A stretch of DNA of 64,000 nucleotides, from assembly GCA_035529895.1 (NCBI GenBank), contig DATKVV010000022.1, positions 1-64,000 on the forward strand, read 5' to 3'. Each line of letters opens with the position of its first letter. The first letter of the stretch is position 1. Under the pieces are notes generated by a model that was not told where the DNA came from, ran no database searches, and saw nothing but the letters and a program-made list of their open reading frames with translations. A program made the position numbers and the translations under genes. This DNA comes from Sedimentisphaerales bacterium. Its GTDB lineage: Bacteria > Planctomycetota > Phycisphaerae > Sedimentisphaerales > Anaerobacaceae. Shown in pieces: positions 48,692 to 59,415 of the stretch.

Positions 48692-48790
48692 TGTAAACTC
48701 CTCATTAGAATTAAACTGCCGCCACAATTATCTATTTCGCGTCAAGCATCTTTCACCAAAACACGGCACCGTCACACGTCAAGCGTAATT

Positions 48791-50266
48791 TCAAGTAACC
48801 GCTTCGATGCCATAAAGCTGACAGAAGGCCCGAAGCTGTTTGGCGCAGTTGCCGTAGAATATAATCTGGTGCATACCCTTGACATTGCACACGTCATCGA
48901 GCTCATTGATGGTCATCTCTATATTCGAGCGGCAGCCGCCGGCGGGGGGAATAGGCGGGCAGTCCACCACCCTGCCGGAGTAAATCAGCATACGCGGCTT
49001 TTCGCCGACCTGGTATTCGGTCAAAGTGACATCCTGTCCCTTAGAGAAAAGGACCCTCGGTACGCAGCCCCAGCCGGCTTCGGCGTGATTTCTGAGAATG
49101 TACGGCTCGGCAGGCGAATTCAGCCCGTTCATCTTCGAGGGGCTGGTGCAGTGTGCGCCGAAATAAAGGTTCTTTTCCGTCTCCATAGAGGCATTCTGCT
49201 GAAAACCCGGCTTGTCGAAGAGCTGCTGCACGAGCATCAGGGTAAGCGTGGCGTCCAGGTCGGATTGACAGCCGGCAGGGACGCCTTCGTCCCTCAAACT
49301 CATAAAGCCCATGCAGGGCGGGACGTGCTGATGCGGCCTTTTCAGTCCGGGCAGACAGTTCATCATAATCGCATCGGCCTGTTCGGCCTCGATGACCCGC
49401 TTGAGGGCGAAGTAACACCTGGCCGCTTCAAGAATATCGGCTTTGGAAGGCTCCACCACCTCGCGTGCGTTTTTCAGATATGCGTCGGCGAGCTTCCTGA
49501 CCTCCGCCGTCGCCTCGGTTCGCCGGAATTCCTCGTAAAACCTCTCGTGCGGGACGGTCCGGATTTGCGTGCCAAGAACGGGCACGTATTCTTCTTTTAC
49601 CTCCGGGCCTGTAATATTGACAATGCGGGCCTCTTTCATCCAGCGCGCGGTTCGAATCATTTTCATCCCGTACTCAACCGCCTCGAGATTATCGAGCGAG
49701 CTAATCATATACACGCCTGATTTTGTGTGCAGTTGATTGATATGGTCAACAAGAAGAACGCCTAATGTGGCAAGCACGACTGTTGGGATTTGCGTTTCTT
49801 CAATGATACGGGTAACGTGTACCCAATGACCTTTCTTGAACGGGATAAGAAGCAGTCCGTCGGGCGGGGAGGTCTTTACTTCGCTGATGAACCGCGTCAC
49901 GCCGGTCTCATCATCGAGAGGCTTGTCGTCCATCGAGATGCGCATCTGCAGACTGCTTTCAATTTTTCTGATTTTGCGCGAGTACTGTTTCTGGCGCCCT
50001 TCGGCGTCGAAGGTTGAGCCGGGCCAGCTATAATAGCCGGCTTTCCTGAGCGACTCGGTGGGCGGATACAAAAAAGCCCCTCGCACCGCGGCGATTTTCT
50101 TTTTGGGATGGCCTGTCCGGGCGGCGGCGCCGGCGGCCAGCAGGTCCTTTGTGCTCAGAGAAATACCCGCGGCGGTCACACCGAGGGTCTGCAGAAAATC
50201 CCGCCGAGACATCGGGCACGCCTTTTGTGATTCCGATTTTTCCACTTCAACTCCTTTCCTGTCCAA
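48791..50266 (-). CDS. Tat-signal periplasmic protein of unknown function. The alternative start at 50212 gives an MSRRDFLQ twin-arginine N-terminus.
   Basis: SRRDFLQTLGVTAAGISLS Tat motif. Confidence 0.5.
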   Translation of the reverse strand: MDRKGVEVEKSESQKACPMSRRDFLQTLGVTAAGISLSTKDLLAAGAAARTGHPKKKIAAVRGAFLYPPTESLRKAGYYSWPGSTFDAEGRQKQYSRKIRKIESSLQMRISMDDKPLDDETGVTRFISEVKTSPPDGLLLIPFKKGHWVHVTRIIEETQIPTVVLATLGVLLVDHINQLHTKSGVYMISSLDNLEAVEYGMKMIRTARWMKEARIVNITGPEVKEEYVPVLGTQIRTVPHERFYEEFRRTEATAEVRKLADAYLKNAREVVEPSKADILEAARCYFALKRVIEAEQADAIMMNCLPGLKRPHQHVPPCMGFMSLRDEGVPAGCQSDLDATLTLMLVQQLFDKPGFQQNASMETEKNLYFGAHCTSPSKMNGLNSPAEPYILRNHAEAGWGCVPRVLFSKGQDVTLTEYQVGEKPRMLIYSGRVVDCPPIPPAGGCRSNIEMTINELDDVCNVKGMHQIIFYGNCAKQLRAFCQLYGIEAVT

Positions 50267-50607
50267 TCAGTCTGTTGCCAACTTTTTATCTACCGGTATT
50301 TCGAGGGTAATCTCCACTGGAATCGCGGCGAGCCGCAGCAGAGATTGCCCACGGTGATAATACAGGAATCAGCAATCTAATTCCACCCCATTTTGACAAT
50401 CAGGGACGGGCTATAATCGGCGTGGTCCTGACCTTGGGCGGATGGGCGGGGATTCGATGCCGGGCAAGTCAGCGTGGGGCAGGGCCAAAATCCCATCTTT
50501 GCCGCGGAACGGACAGGCTCGTTTTAATCGTGCGGCTTATGACAGAAAACACTCTCTTTGCGTTAAATGACCGGCTGCAGAAAGGTATCGTTTGTGCTTC
50601 ATTGCCC

Positions 50608-50645
50608 TTTGGCACTAAAAAAAGGGATGGCGCACTTACCATCCC
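50608..50645 (-). terminator. Intrinsic terminator of rpmA: agggatgg-taagtgcg-ccatccct followed by a 7-nt U tract. It is bidirectional, with an A tract on the other side.
   Basis: Read directly from the sequence, 25 nt after the rpmA stop. Confidence 0.6.
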
Positions 50646-50671
50646 TTTTGTATCTGTTGCTATTGTCGTTC

Positions 50672-50908
50672 TTATTGAACGACGTTAATTCTTCGGCCCT
50701 TAAAATGCACCGTTCCGTCGGCGGTGGCAAACAGTGTGTAGTCTCTGCCCATACCCACATTGAAGCCGGGGAAGAATCTCGTTCCGCACTGGCGGACGAT
50801 GATAGAGCCGGCTGTAACCGACTGGCCGGCATACAGCTTGACGCCCCTGAACTGCGGATTGCTGTCTCTGCCGTTCCTTGTGGAGCCTTGACCCTTTTTA
50901 TGTGCCAT
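50672..50908 (-). CDS. rpmA: 50S ribosomal protein L27.
   Basis: [24 protein letters not shown] is near-universal L27 sequence. Confidence 0.9.
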   Translation of the reverse strand: MAHKKGQGSTRNGRDSNPQFRGVKLYAGQSVTAGSIIVRQCGTRFFPGFNVGMGRDYTLFATADGTVHFKGRRINVVQ

Positions 50909-51015
50909 AGCTAAGCGCCTCTAAAATTAGCCTATCAACTCATTTACGCCATAATTGTAGGCGGCGTTTGCGGCTTTGTCCAGAAAAATTCAGAAATCCG
51001 TCGTTATTTGCCGGC

Positions 51016-51804
51016 TTACGGCCACTCTGCCTGCAATATGGCCTTCATATAGCCCAGCGTCAATAAACCGGAGGTGGCCAGCTTGATTCTCCCTTCGGGG
51101 TTGATAAAGAAACTCGAAGGGATGCCTTCTATAGCGTTATACGGGGCCGGCATGGTCCTGTCATCGGTAGAAAAAACCGTATAGTTTATTCTTTCATTCT
51201 CCTGCACGAAGCTCCTGACCATCTCAGCAGTGTTAATAGGGCTTATGTAAGATACGGCCAGGATTGCCAGCTTGTCCTTGCCCATTACGTTCTGCAGTGC
51301 AATCAGGTGCGGGATTTCTATTAAACAGGGCCTGCACCAGGTCGCCCAGAAGACAAGCATAACGTTCTTGCCGCGATAATCGCTAAGTTTGTGCTGTTTT
51401 CCGGTAATATCGGTCAGGGTAAAGTCCGGAGCTGGTTTACCGTACCAGGCCTGATAAATCGGCCCCCAGCCTCTGGCGGCTCTGATGACATCGCTCAGAC
51501 TCAGCCTGGGAGCGCTCGCGGGTTCGGCATCTGTTTTTTTCGGTTTTGTCGGTTCGCCGGCGTTAACGGCCGGTCCATTCGGCTCCGGCGGCTCGGTGGT
51601 CTTTATGGTTATCGGTTCATTTGGCTTTGCCGGTGCGCCGACTGTCCAGGAGACATCCGGCGCAACATTGCTGTCATTTTGGTTTGGAATCGCCTGTTGT
51701 ACAGGTTTCTTTTTGCATCCGGCATCTATTGTCGCTGCGGCGAGCAAAACGGCGCAAACAGCCACTGCAAGCCAATTGCCGGTTTGTTTGTTATGCTCGA
51801 CCAT
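51016..51804 (-). CDS. TlpA-like periplasmic thiol:disulfide oxidoreductase with a Pro-rich linker.
   Basis: WATWCRPC thioredoxin motif. N-terminal membrane anchor. Confidence 0.65.
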   Translation of the reverse strand: MVEHNKQTGNWLAVAVCAVLLAAATIDAGCKKKPVQQAIPNQNDSNVAPDVSWTVGAPAKPNEPITIKTTEPPEPNGPAVNAGEPTKPKKTDAEPASAPRLSLSDVIRAARGWGPIYQAWYGKPAPDFTLTDITGKQHKLSDYRGKNVMLVFWATWCRPCLIEIPHLIALQNVMGKDKLAILAVSYISPINTAEMVRSFVQENERINYTVFSTDDRTMPAPYNAIEGIPSSFFINPEGRIKLATSGLLTLGYMKAILQAEWP

Positions 51805-52188
51805 CCAATTTTTCTCCTGATTGGTAATTGCCGTTTCAGGTCACAGTATACGTTATTCGTGCAAACAGCACCACAATAAACTTGGCGAAATTGCGCCTTT
51901 CAGACAAGGCAGGAGGTTCAGAACATGGCTTATTTATCAATCTTATCGGCTCAGGACCGATTTTACCGTGATGCACTTACGGTTAACCGCGCGGGCAAGT
52001 TGCGGCCAAAATCGCGGCAAGTTAGTCTTGACCTTTTGGAGTTTAGCAAATATTATCTGCTCTTCAGGCGCCTTGACGCAGATACGCTGATTCGAGAAAA
52101 ACAGAAAAGTGTTTCAGTTGGGAGCCGGCCAAGAATGCCGGTTTTGTGTTTCTACCACTGTATTCTGTGAACTTAAGGAGTTGAGAAG

Positions 52189-53751
52189 ATGAGTTACAGA
52201 AGAAATGGCGTCAGTAAATCAACCGTTTTCACACTTTCTCTGGTTTTGGTTCTGACGCATACCGGGGCAACTTTTGCCGACGTCAGGCTGCCGGCAGTCA
52301 TAGGCAACAATATGGTTATTCAGGAGGGAATAGAGGTTCCGGTCTGGGGATGGGCTGAGCCCGGCGAGAAAGTCAGGGTCAAACTCGACCAGCAAAAGGC
52401 TCGCGCGGCCGCCGACGGCAAAGGAAAATGGATGGTCAAGATTGGGCCGTTCAAAGCCGGCGGGCCGTTCGAAATGACCATCAAAGGCAAGAATACGATA
52501 ACAGTTCGGAACATCATGGTCGGCGAGGTGTGGATATGCTCCGGCCAGTCCAATATGCAGTGGTCTTTGGATCGGGCAGCCGATGCCGAGCAGGAGATTG
52601 CGGCTGCTAATTATCCGAGCGTCAGGTTGTTTACGGTCGAGCGCAATGTAGCGGGAAATCCGGCGGATGATTGTGTTGGAAGCTGGTCTGAGTGCAGTCC
52701 GGATACAGCAGCCAAGTTCAGCGCTGTGGCCTACTTTTTCGGCCGGTACCTCCACAAGGAACTAAATGTGCCCGTAGGGCTGATTAACACTTCCTGGGGC
52801 GGCACCCGTATCGAGCCGTGGACACCTCCGGTCGGATTCGCTTCGGTTCCAAGCCTCAGGGAGATTCGCAAGAAGGTGGAAGAAGCGGACGATGAATACC
52901 GCAAGAACGTCACCCAGTCGCTGGACAGCATCGAAGCATGGGTCAAAGACGCCCGGAAGGCTTTAGCGGCGAACGAGCCTGTTCCGTCGACGCCGGTCTG
53001 GCCTGCACACCCGCTGAGCAACAACAGGCAGCCGACCGGTCTTTACAATGCGATGGTGCACCCGCTTGCACCTTATGGAATCCGGGGCGCAATCTGGTAT
53101 CAGGGCGAGTCCAACCGTGAAGACGGACTGCTCTACTATGATAAGATGAAAGCGCTCATCGGCGGCTGGCGAAAGGTTTGGAACCAGGGAGATTTCCCGT
53201 TTTACTACGTGCAACTGGCGCCTTTCCGCTATGGGGGCGACCCGTTGGTGCTGCCTCAGATATGGGAAGCTCAAAAGTCCGCACTGGCAATACGTAACTG
53301 CGGAATGGCCGTTATTACCGACATTGGCAATCTGGGCAATATTCATCCCACGAACAAGCAGGACGTGGGCAAACGGCTTGCGCTGTGGGCACTGGCCAAG
53401 ACGTACGGGCGCAAGGACCTCGTATATTCCGGGCCCTTATATAAATCGATGTCGGTGGAGGGCGGCAAGATTCGCATCCGATTTGACCACGTGGGCGGAG
53501 GGCTCGCTTCACGTGACGGAAATCCTCTGACGTGGTTTACGATTGCCGCGGCGGACAGGAATTTCGTCGACGCCAAGGCCGAAATCGACGGCGCGACGGT
53601 TCTGGTCTGGAGCGATACAATAAGCCGTCCCGCAGCGGTAAGGTTCGGCTGGCACCAGGAGGCCGAACCAAATCTGATTAACAAGGAAGGATTGCCGGCC
53701 TCTGCGTTTCGCACCGACGACTGGGCCGTTGGTACGACCGACAAAAAATAA
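52189..53751 (+). CDS. Sialate O-acetylesterase (SASA/DUF303 family SGNH hydrolase).
   Basis: Signal peptide. The GEVWICSGQSNMQ motif is typical of SASA. Confidence 0.7.
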   Translation: MSYRRNGVSKSTVFTLSLVLVLTHTGATFADVRLPAVIGNNMVIQEGIEVPVWGWAEPGEKVRVKLDQQKARAAADGKGKWMVKIGPFKAGGPFEMTIKGKNTITVRNIMVGEVWICSGQSNMQWSLDRAADAEQEIAAANYPSVRLFTVERNVAGNPADDCVGSWSECSPDTAAKFSAVAYFFGRYLHKELNVPVGLINTSWGGTRIEPWTPPVGFASVPSLREIRKKVEEADDEYRKNVTQSLDSIEAWVKDARKALAANEPVPSTPVWPAHPLSNNRQPTGLYNAMVHPLAPYGIRGAIWYQGESNREDGLLYYDKMKALIGGWRKVWNQGDFPFYYVQLAPFRYGGDPLVLPQIWEAQKSALAIRNCGMAVITDIGNLGNIHPTNKQDVGKRLALWALAKTYGRKDLVYSGPLYKSMSVEGGKIRIRFDHVGGGLASRDGNPLTWFTIAAADRNFVDAKAEIDGATVLVWSDTISRPAAVRFGWHQEAEPNLINKEGLPASAFRTDDWAVGTTDKK

Positions 53752-53912
53752 GACCGGCGAACGGACTCGGCTGCCGGCATTTGCCTGCTGAGAGCCGACG
53801 GCCGGCAGAAGCTGCCACCGGGCTTTCAGAGGCGGAAAAAATCTTTTGACAAGACTAAATTCCGGATTAGCATAAGTTCCTTCGAAACAGGCGTCAGGCA
53901 CATCTGCATAAA

Positions 53913-55670
53913 GTGTTTGTCTTTTTCTCGTGGAAGGTGATGTCGGTTGTTGTTTCTTTGGGAAACACAATGGTACGTGGTTTGTTGAACAGCATTTCAG
54001 CATCCGGCGAAGGTCTAAGCATTATCCTGCTGATAGGTCTTGCCATTTTTTGCGGCACGGTGGGGGCCAGGATATTCCAGCGACTTCACATTCCGCAAAT
54101 AGTAGGGTTTGTCGCCATGGGAATAATTTTGGGGCCCGTGCTGAACATCATTCCTCAGAAGGCCGTCCAGTCGCTGGAGCTGTTCAATCTGGTTGCGCTG
54201 GGAATTATCGGCTTTCTGGTCGGCGGTGAGCTCAAGCGTGAAATATTCGTCAAGTTCGGCAAACAGGTCCCCATCGTCCTGTTGTACGAGGGGGTGACGG
54301 CATTTCTGCTGGTGGGATTTTTCAGTTTTCTGGCAATGTGGTACTTTTCCGACTGGCAGACGGCGCTGGCGGTGGGCGTAGTCTTTGGCGCCATCTGTTC
54401 AGCTACGGACCCTGCTTCAACAATAGCGGTTCTTTGGGAGTATAAAGCGAGGGGGCCGCTCACTTCGATGTTAACGGCAATTGTCACCCTTGACGACGCA
54501 CTTGCGCTGGTTCTGTACGCAATCAGCGTAAGCGTGGCAGGATTAGTAACGGGGCATCAGGAATCGGGGTTTTTAACTGCACTGGCCGGCGTGTTTTACG
54601 AGATGTTCGGGTCGGTGGCGATAGGCGTGGTATCGGGCGTAGTGTTGAATAGCGTTTTGAAACGGGTCGATGACTCGGAAAAAATGCTGCTTTTCACGAT
54701 TAGTCTGGTGTTGCTGATTATCGGCGCGGCGATTACTCTGGGCCTGGATGTTATCCTTTCGGCGATGGCTTTAGGTGTAACGCTGGTGAATATCAAGGCG
54801 AGAAAAGCCCAGGCAGCCATGGAGGTTCTCCACAAGTTTTCCGCGCCCATCTATGTTTTGTTCTTCGTACTGGTTGGCGCGAGGGTGAAATTCTCCCAGG
54901 TTAACACAATGATCTGGGTGCTGGTTGCCGCTTATGTTACCGGCAGCGTTGCGGGCAAGACACTTGGCTCATATTTGGGCGGTGTTTTTTCCGGCGCTGT
55001 AAGGACGGTCAAAAATTACCTCGGGTTTTGCCTGTACCCGCAGGGGGGGATTGCCGTGGGCCTGTTGATAATGGCAAGTCACAGGTTCGAAAGCAATATA
55101 AGCTCCATAATGCTTTTGGTCGTAATCATAGGCGCGTTTATACTTCAGATGATTGGTCCGATAGGAGTTAAGGTAGGGGCGGGCAAGGCCGGCGAACTGG
55201 GCCTTAATGTCACGGAAGAAGACCTTGTCAAGGCATACAGCGTCGGCGATGTGCTGGACGCAACCATTCCTTCTGTCCCCGCAGGGGCGTCCTTGAGCGA
55301 GGTCATTAGAATAGTCGGCGCCACGGACAGTTTCTATTATCCGGTTGTAGACAATGAAAAGAAGCTGATTGGCGCCGTTACGATGGACGGCATAAGAAAT
55401 ACTTTTGCCACGACCGGATTGAACGATTGGCTTGTGGCCCTTGATGTTATGGAACCGGTAGTTGCCAAGTTAACGCCGAACAGCACCTTGTCGGGAGCTT
55501 TTGAGAAGATGAAGCAGCTTGACATAGAATACCTGCCCGTCACGGCGTCCGAGCGGGATGACGGATTCATCGGTGTGTTAAACGCTCGTGCAGTCCATCG
55601 CAAACTCAGCGCCGACGTTCTGGCCAAACAAAAAGAAGCGGACAGAATGTACGGACTTAAACCCGCCTAA
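53913..55670 (+). CDS. Cation:proton antiporter (CPA/NhaP-like) fused to a C-terminal CBS-domain pair.
   Basis: About 11 TM segments, then two CBS-like repeats. Paralog of the next gene. Confidence 0.65.
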   Translation: MFVFFSWKVMSVVVSLGNTMVRGLLNSISASGEGLSIILLIGLAIFCGTVGARIFQRLHIPQIVGFVAMGIILGPVLNIIPQKAVQSLELFNLVALGIIGFLVGGELKREIFVKFGKQVPIVLLYEGVTAFLLVGFFSFLAMWYFSDWQTALAVGVVFGAICSATDPASTIAVLWEYKARGPLTSMLTAIVTLDDALALVLYAISVSVAGLVTGHQESGFLTALAGVFYEMFGSVAIGVVSGVVLNSVLKRVDDSEKMLLFTISLVLLIIGAAITLGLDVILSAMALGVTLVNIKARKAQAAMEVLHKFSAPIYVLFFVLVGARVKFSQVNTMIWVLVAAYVTGSVAGKTLGSYLGGVFSGAVRTVKNYLGFCLYPQGGIAVGLLIMASHRFESNISSIMLLVVIIGAFILQMIGPIGVKVGAGKAGELGLNVTEEDLVKAYSVGDVLDATIPSVPAGASLSEVIRIVGATDSFYYPVVDNEKKLIGAVTMDGIRNTFATTGLNDWLVALDVMEPVVAKLTPNSTLSGAFEKMKQLDIEYLPVTASERDDGFIGVLNARAVHRKLSADVLAKQKEADRMYGLKPA

Positions 55671-55676
55671 GGGAGA

Positions 55677-57410
55677 TTGCGGCGGTCACCACCGCGGTTT
55701 TTTGGAAGAGCTATGCATAGTACGACATTGGTTGGTTCTGTCGGCCGATTGGATTTGCTGCTCGTTGTGGGTATAGCAGTCTTCTGCGGGACCATCGGCG
55801 CAAGGGTGTTCCAGAAACTGCGCATCCCACAGGTGGTTGGTTATATTGTGGTCGGTATTGTGACGGGCGGCTCGGTTCTCAATCTTATAAACCTCGAATT
55901 AATCAGGTCTCTTGTGCCCTTTAACCTGTTTGCCCTTGGGATAATCGGTTTCATGATAGGGGGAGAGCTTAAGTATGAAATTTTCAAGCAGTACGGCAAG
56001 CAGTTTATCACGATTCTGCTCACCGAGGGACTGTTTGCCTTCTTCATAGTGACAGTCTGTACAACATTGGCGGCCCGGCTGCTGCATTGCAACTGGCATA
56101 ATTCGCTCGCTTTGGGACTGGTGCTTGGGGCGATTTCCTCGGCAACGGCCCCTGCCGCGACCGTTGACGTACTCTGGGAATACAAGACCCGAGGAATCCT
56201 TACGCGAACGATTCTGGCAATAGTAGCGCTTGATGACGGACTTGCGCTGCTGCTTTACGGTTTTGCCAGCACCGTATCCGGAGCGCTGCTCGGCAGAGGG
56301 CAAGACAGCCTGTTGTCGAGCATAGTTGTTCCGCTTTGGGAGATTTGCGGGGCGGCCGGTGTGGGTATTTCAGTCGGATTAACGCTTGTTTTCATTCTCA
56401 AGTACATTAAAGCTCAGGATAAGATTCTGGCTTTCAGCATAGCCTCGATACTGCTGGTTATGGGCCTGTCGGCGGTTTTGAAGGTTGAATCAATCCTGGC
56501 AGCAATGATTTTCGGGGCCACTCTTGTCAATCTTCGGCCAAGGCGGAGTCAGAGCATCTTCAAACTTGTGGAGTCGTTTTCGCCGCCGGTCTACGTTCTG
56601 TTTTTTGTTCTGGTTGGGGCCAGGCTGCAGGTTTCCGGCATACAGAAATGGATACTGATTTTGGCGGTAATTTATGTTCTTGGCAGAAGCGTGGGCAAAA
56701 TCAGCGGCAGCTGGTTTGGGGCCGCTATTTCGAACTCGCCGGGCACCATACGCAAATACCTTGGAATCTGCCTTTTCAGCCAGGCGGGCGTTGCTATCGG
56801 CCTGTCGATTCTTGCCAGTGAACGGTTTGGCGGCGATATCGGAGAAGCGATCATAGTGATAATTACGGCCACAACTTTCCTGGTGCAAATCATCGGTCCG
56901 CCGCTTGTCAAATTAGGCGTCAAAAAGGCCGGTGAAGTCGGGCTCAATGTTACCGAAGACGAACTTATCGCCAGTTACAACGTCCGGGACGTTATGGACA
57001 CAAAAGCGCCTGTGCTTTACGCAGGCACAGCTTTAGGCGAGCTGATCAGCCTGGTCGGAAGCACCGAGAATTTCTACTATCCTGTTGTCGACAATGATAA
57101 TAATCTGATAGGGGCCGTCACCATAGCAGGCATCAGAAAAACATTTACCAACGAGGAATTAAACGATTGGCTTGTAGCACTTGATATTATGGAGCCGGTT
57201 GCAGCAAAAATACCGCCGGATACGGCATTATCAGACGCCTTCGAGCAGGCAAAGCGGCTCGACACAGAATATCTGCCGGTCGTAGCCTCGATCGAAGACA
57301 ACAGGCTCGTTGGTATTCTGGATTGCCGTGCTGTTCGCCGGTCGCTCAGTGCCGAGGCGCTGGCTCGTCAGCAAAAAGCCGACAGCTTAATGAGCGGCCA
57401 ATACGTGTAA
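55677..57410 (+). CDS. Cation:proton antiporter with C-terminal CBS pair, tandem paralog of the previous gene.
   Basis: About 45% identity to the 53913..55670 product over the full length, judged by eye. Confidence 0.65.
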   Translation: MRRSPPRFFGRAMHSTTLVGSVGRLDLLLVVGIAVFCGTIGARVFQKLRIPQVVGYIVVGIVTGGSVLNLINLELIRSLVPFNLFALGIIGFMIGGELKYEIFKQYGKQFITILLTEGLFAFFIVTVCTTLAARLLHCNWHNSLALGLVLGAISSATAPAATVDVLWEYKTRGILTRTILAIVALDDGLALLLYGFASTVSGALLGRGQDSLLSSIVVPLWEICGAAGVGISVGLTLVFILKYIKAQDKILAFSIASILLVMGLSAVLKVESILAAMIFGATLVNLRPRRSQSIFKLVESFSPPVYVLFFVLVGARLQVSGIQKWILILAVIYVLGRSVGKISGSWFGAAISNSPGTIRKYLGICLFSQAGVAIGLSILASERFGGDIGEAIIVIITATTFLVQIIGPPLVKLGVKKAGEVGLNVTEDELIASYNVRDVMDTKAPVLYAGTALGELISLVGSTENFYYPVVDNDNNLIGAVTIAGIRKTFTNEELNDWLVALDIMEPVAAKIPPDTALSDAFEQAKRLDTEYLPVVASIEDNRLVGILDCRAVRRSLSAEALARQQKADSLMSGQYV

Positions 57411-57646
57411 TTCGCACAGACCGTAGTTGCGCAAAACGTTCGCGAAACAGCCACGCAATAAGTTCCACACAACGGACCGCGACGCTTCATACATTCGGCA
57501 ATACAGGCCTTAAGGTTAAATTACTGTCTTTTTGCGTGTTTGGCCGATATTATATAGCAGGGCAAAGGACTATATTTGAGCGTGGCACAAGGAATTCGGA
57601 GCCGGCAGAACCTGTCTGCAATAAGACAAATGATTGTGGCGAAACT

Positions 57647-58087
57647 TTGAAGCGATTATCTTTTCCGAAAACAAAGAGACTTGTCAGCAACGGGCAATTC
57701 AAGGCCGTTTTGAGCCGCAAACTGCGCATAAGCAATGGTTTGCTCACGCTGTTTATGGCGGAAAACGATTGCGGCTACCCGCGACTGGGCGTCTCCATCG
57801 CCAAGTCCTGCGGCAGCGCGATTGTGCGCAATCGACTGAAGCGGCTGCTGAGAGAAGCCTTTCGGCAAAGTCAGGACCAAATTCCGTGCGGCTTCGATTA
57901 CTTGGTGATGATGTCGAGTCAACGGTCAGAAAAACCGGCAAAAACCAAGAAGGCCGCTGCGGGGACCGCCAAAAATGCGGGCTGCCGGCGGTTGTCGTTC
58001 GAACAGTTAAGGGACTCGTTCCTGACTCTGGTAAGCGGTTTAAGCGAGAGACAACACACAGGGCCGAACGAGCGTCGAACTAAATAA
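57647..58087 (+). CDS. rnpA: RNase P protein component. It has a TTG start and a long basic C-terminal tail.
   Basis: LKRLSFPKTKRL..FKAVL..GYPRLGVSIAKSCGSAIVRNRLKRLLREAFR matches the RnpA signature. There is no in-frame ATG. Confidence 0.55.
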   Translation: MKRLSFPKTKRLVSNGQFKAVLSRKLRISNGLLTLFMAENDCGYPRLGVSIAKSCGSAIVRNRLKRLLREAFRQSQDQIPCGFDYLVMMSSQRSEKPAKTKKAAAGTAKNAGCRRLSFEQLRDSFLTLVSGLSERQHTGPNERRTK

Positions 58088-58095
58088 GGGTATCT

Positions 58096-58383
58096 TTGAC
58101 CGATAGCCCGAAGAGGTACAGCTTGAGCAAAAAAAGTAAATTAGACCCGATAGGCTCGGCTGCAAAAAAAGCTGGCGTTTCGCGGCAATCTCTGCAATAT
58201 TACCTGATGGTGGGTCTGCTCGAGCCGACGGAGATTACGCCGACGGGCAGACGGCTTTTCGACCAAAAGTGTATCGCACGGATTAGACTGATAAGAAAAC
58301 TCAGTGACAGCGGCTACCCGCTGCGGGCCATAAGGGAATTGTTTCTGGAAGGCAGGACCGATTTGAAAGGAAGCCAGAGGTGA
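58096..58383 (+). CDS. Short MerR-family HTH transcriptional regulator.
   Basis: AAKKAGVSRQSLQYYLMVGLLEP..TGRRLF matches the MerR HTH pattern. Overlaps the mlaD-like start. Confidence 0.5.
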   Translation: MTDSPKRYSLSKKSKLDPIGSAAKKAGVSRQSLQYYLMVGLLEPTEITPTGRRLFDQKCIARIRLIRKLSDSGYPLRAIRELFLEGRTDLKGSQR

Positions 58384-59336
58384 GCGATTACGAAACAGCC
58401 CAGCAAAGGCGCAATATAATTGTGGGGGTCTTTGTAATATTGGCCCTGTGCGCACTTGGAGTAATGATATATAAGTTTGGAGAACTGCCGACAAGCGTCA
58501 GCAAGTTCGGCTCTTTTCAGATTTTTGTTCAGTTTCCTTCAGCACCGGGAGTAGAAAAGGACACACCTGTGCGCTTTTGCGGTTATCAAATCGGCAGAGT
58601 GACAAGGGTTATGGCTCCCGAGATACGCACGGATTTAAACACCGGCTCGAAGTACCATCAAACGGTGGTCGTTCTTAGTATTGATAAAAGGTATGTCAAC
58701 ATTCCTTCCAATGTCGAGGTGAAATTGATGACACGTGGCCTGGGCAGCAGTTATATCGAATTTAAAGTTGACCCCAGTTTGCCTCTTACTGCCAGGGACC
58801 CAAACCTGCCGGAGACAAAATTCCTGGTAAAGGATATGGTGCTGCAGGGTTCAACGGGCATGACCAGCGAGTTCTTCCCAGAGGAAAGCCAGAAGAAACT
58901 GGAAGAACTTGTCAACGGCATCAAAACTTTTGTCGACAACGCCAACAGCATTATTGGCGACCCGAACAACAAGCAGAATCTCAAAACAACCCTGGCCAAT
59001 CTGTCCGAGGCGACGGAGCAGGCTACAAAGACGCTCAAAGAGTTTCAGGACTTTTCCGCCGCCGGGACCGCAACTGTGAAAAGCGCCGACGCCAAAATGG
59101 AGAAGGTTGTCGCCGCTCTGGTTGATACGAGCGAACAACTAAGTAAGACGACAGTGGAACTGCGACTGATTCTCGAGAAGATAAACAGAGGCGAGGGTAC
59201 CGCCGCCAGACTTGTTAAGGATGGGCGGTTTTATGAAAACCTGCTTGAGAACACCGAACAGTTACAAGCACTGTTGAAGAAGCTGGAGTCGCTGATAGAC
59301 AAGGCAAACGAAAAAGGGCTGCACAGCATCTGGTAG
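58380..59336 (+). CDS. MlaD/MCE-domain protein.
   Basis: N-terminal TM. MCE core FxxxxGLxxGxxVxxxGxxIGxV. C-terminal coiled-coil. Confidence 0.6.
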   Translation: MSDYETAQQRRNIIVGVFVILALCALGVMIYKFGELPTSVSKFGSFQIFVQFPSAPGVEKDTPVRFCGYQIGRVTRVMAPEIRTDLNTGSKYHQTVVVLSIDKRYVNIPSNVEVKLMTRGLGSSYIEFKVDPSLPLTARDPNLPETKFLVKDMVLQGSTGMTSEFFPEESQKKLEELVNGIKTFVDNANSIIGDPNNKQNLKTTLANLSEATEQATKTLKEFQDFSAAGTATVKSADAKMEKVVAALVDTSEQLSKTTVELRLILEKINRGEGTAARLVKDGRFYENLLENTEQLQALLKKLESLIDKANEKGLHSIW

Positions 59337-59415
59337 CAGAGCCGTTGAGGGTCTTGTAGCCGGCGCGGCACCAAAAAGACGCTGCGGGGCGGCAGTAGCC
59401 AAATAATAGGCGGGT

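Noticed and set aside
50400-50600. tmRNA-like motif (ggggattcgatgccggg) and possible structured RNA downstream of rpmA.
   Set aside because: There is no tRNA-like 3' end (no GGTTCGA..CCA), no resume-codon or tag ORF, and the segment is too short. It is more likely plain intergenic sequence. A covariance-model scan (Infernal/Rfam) would settle it.
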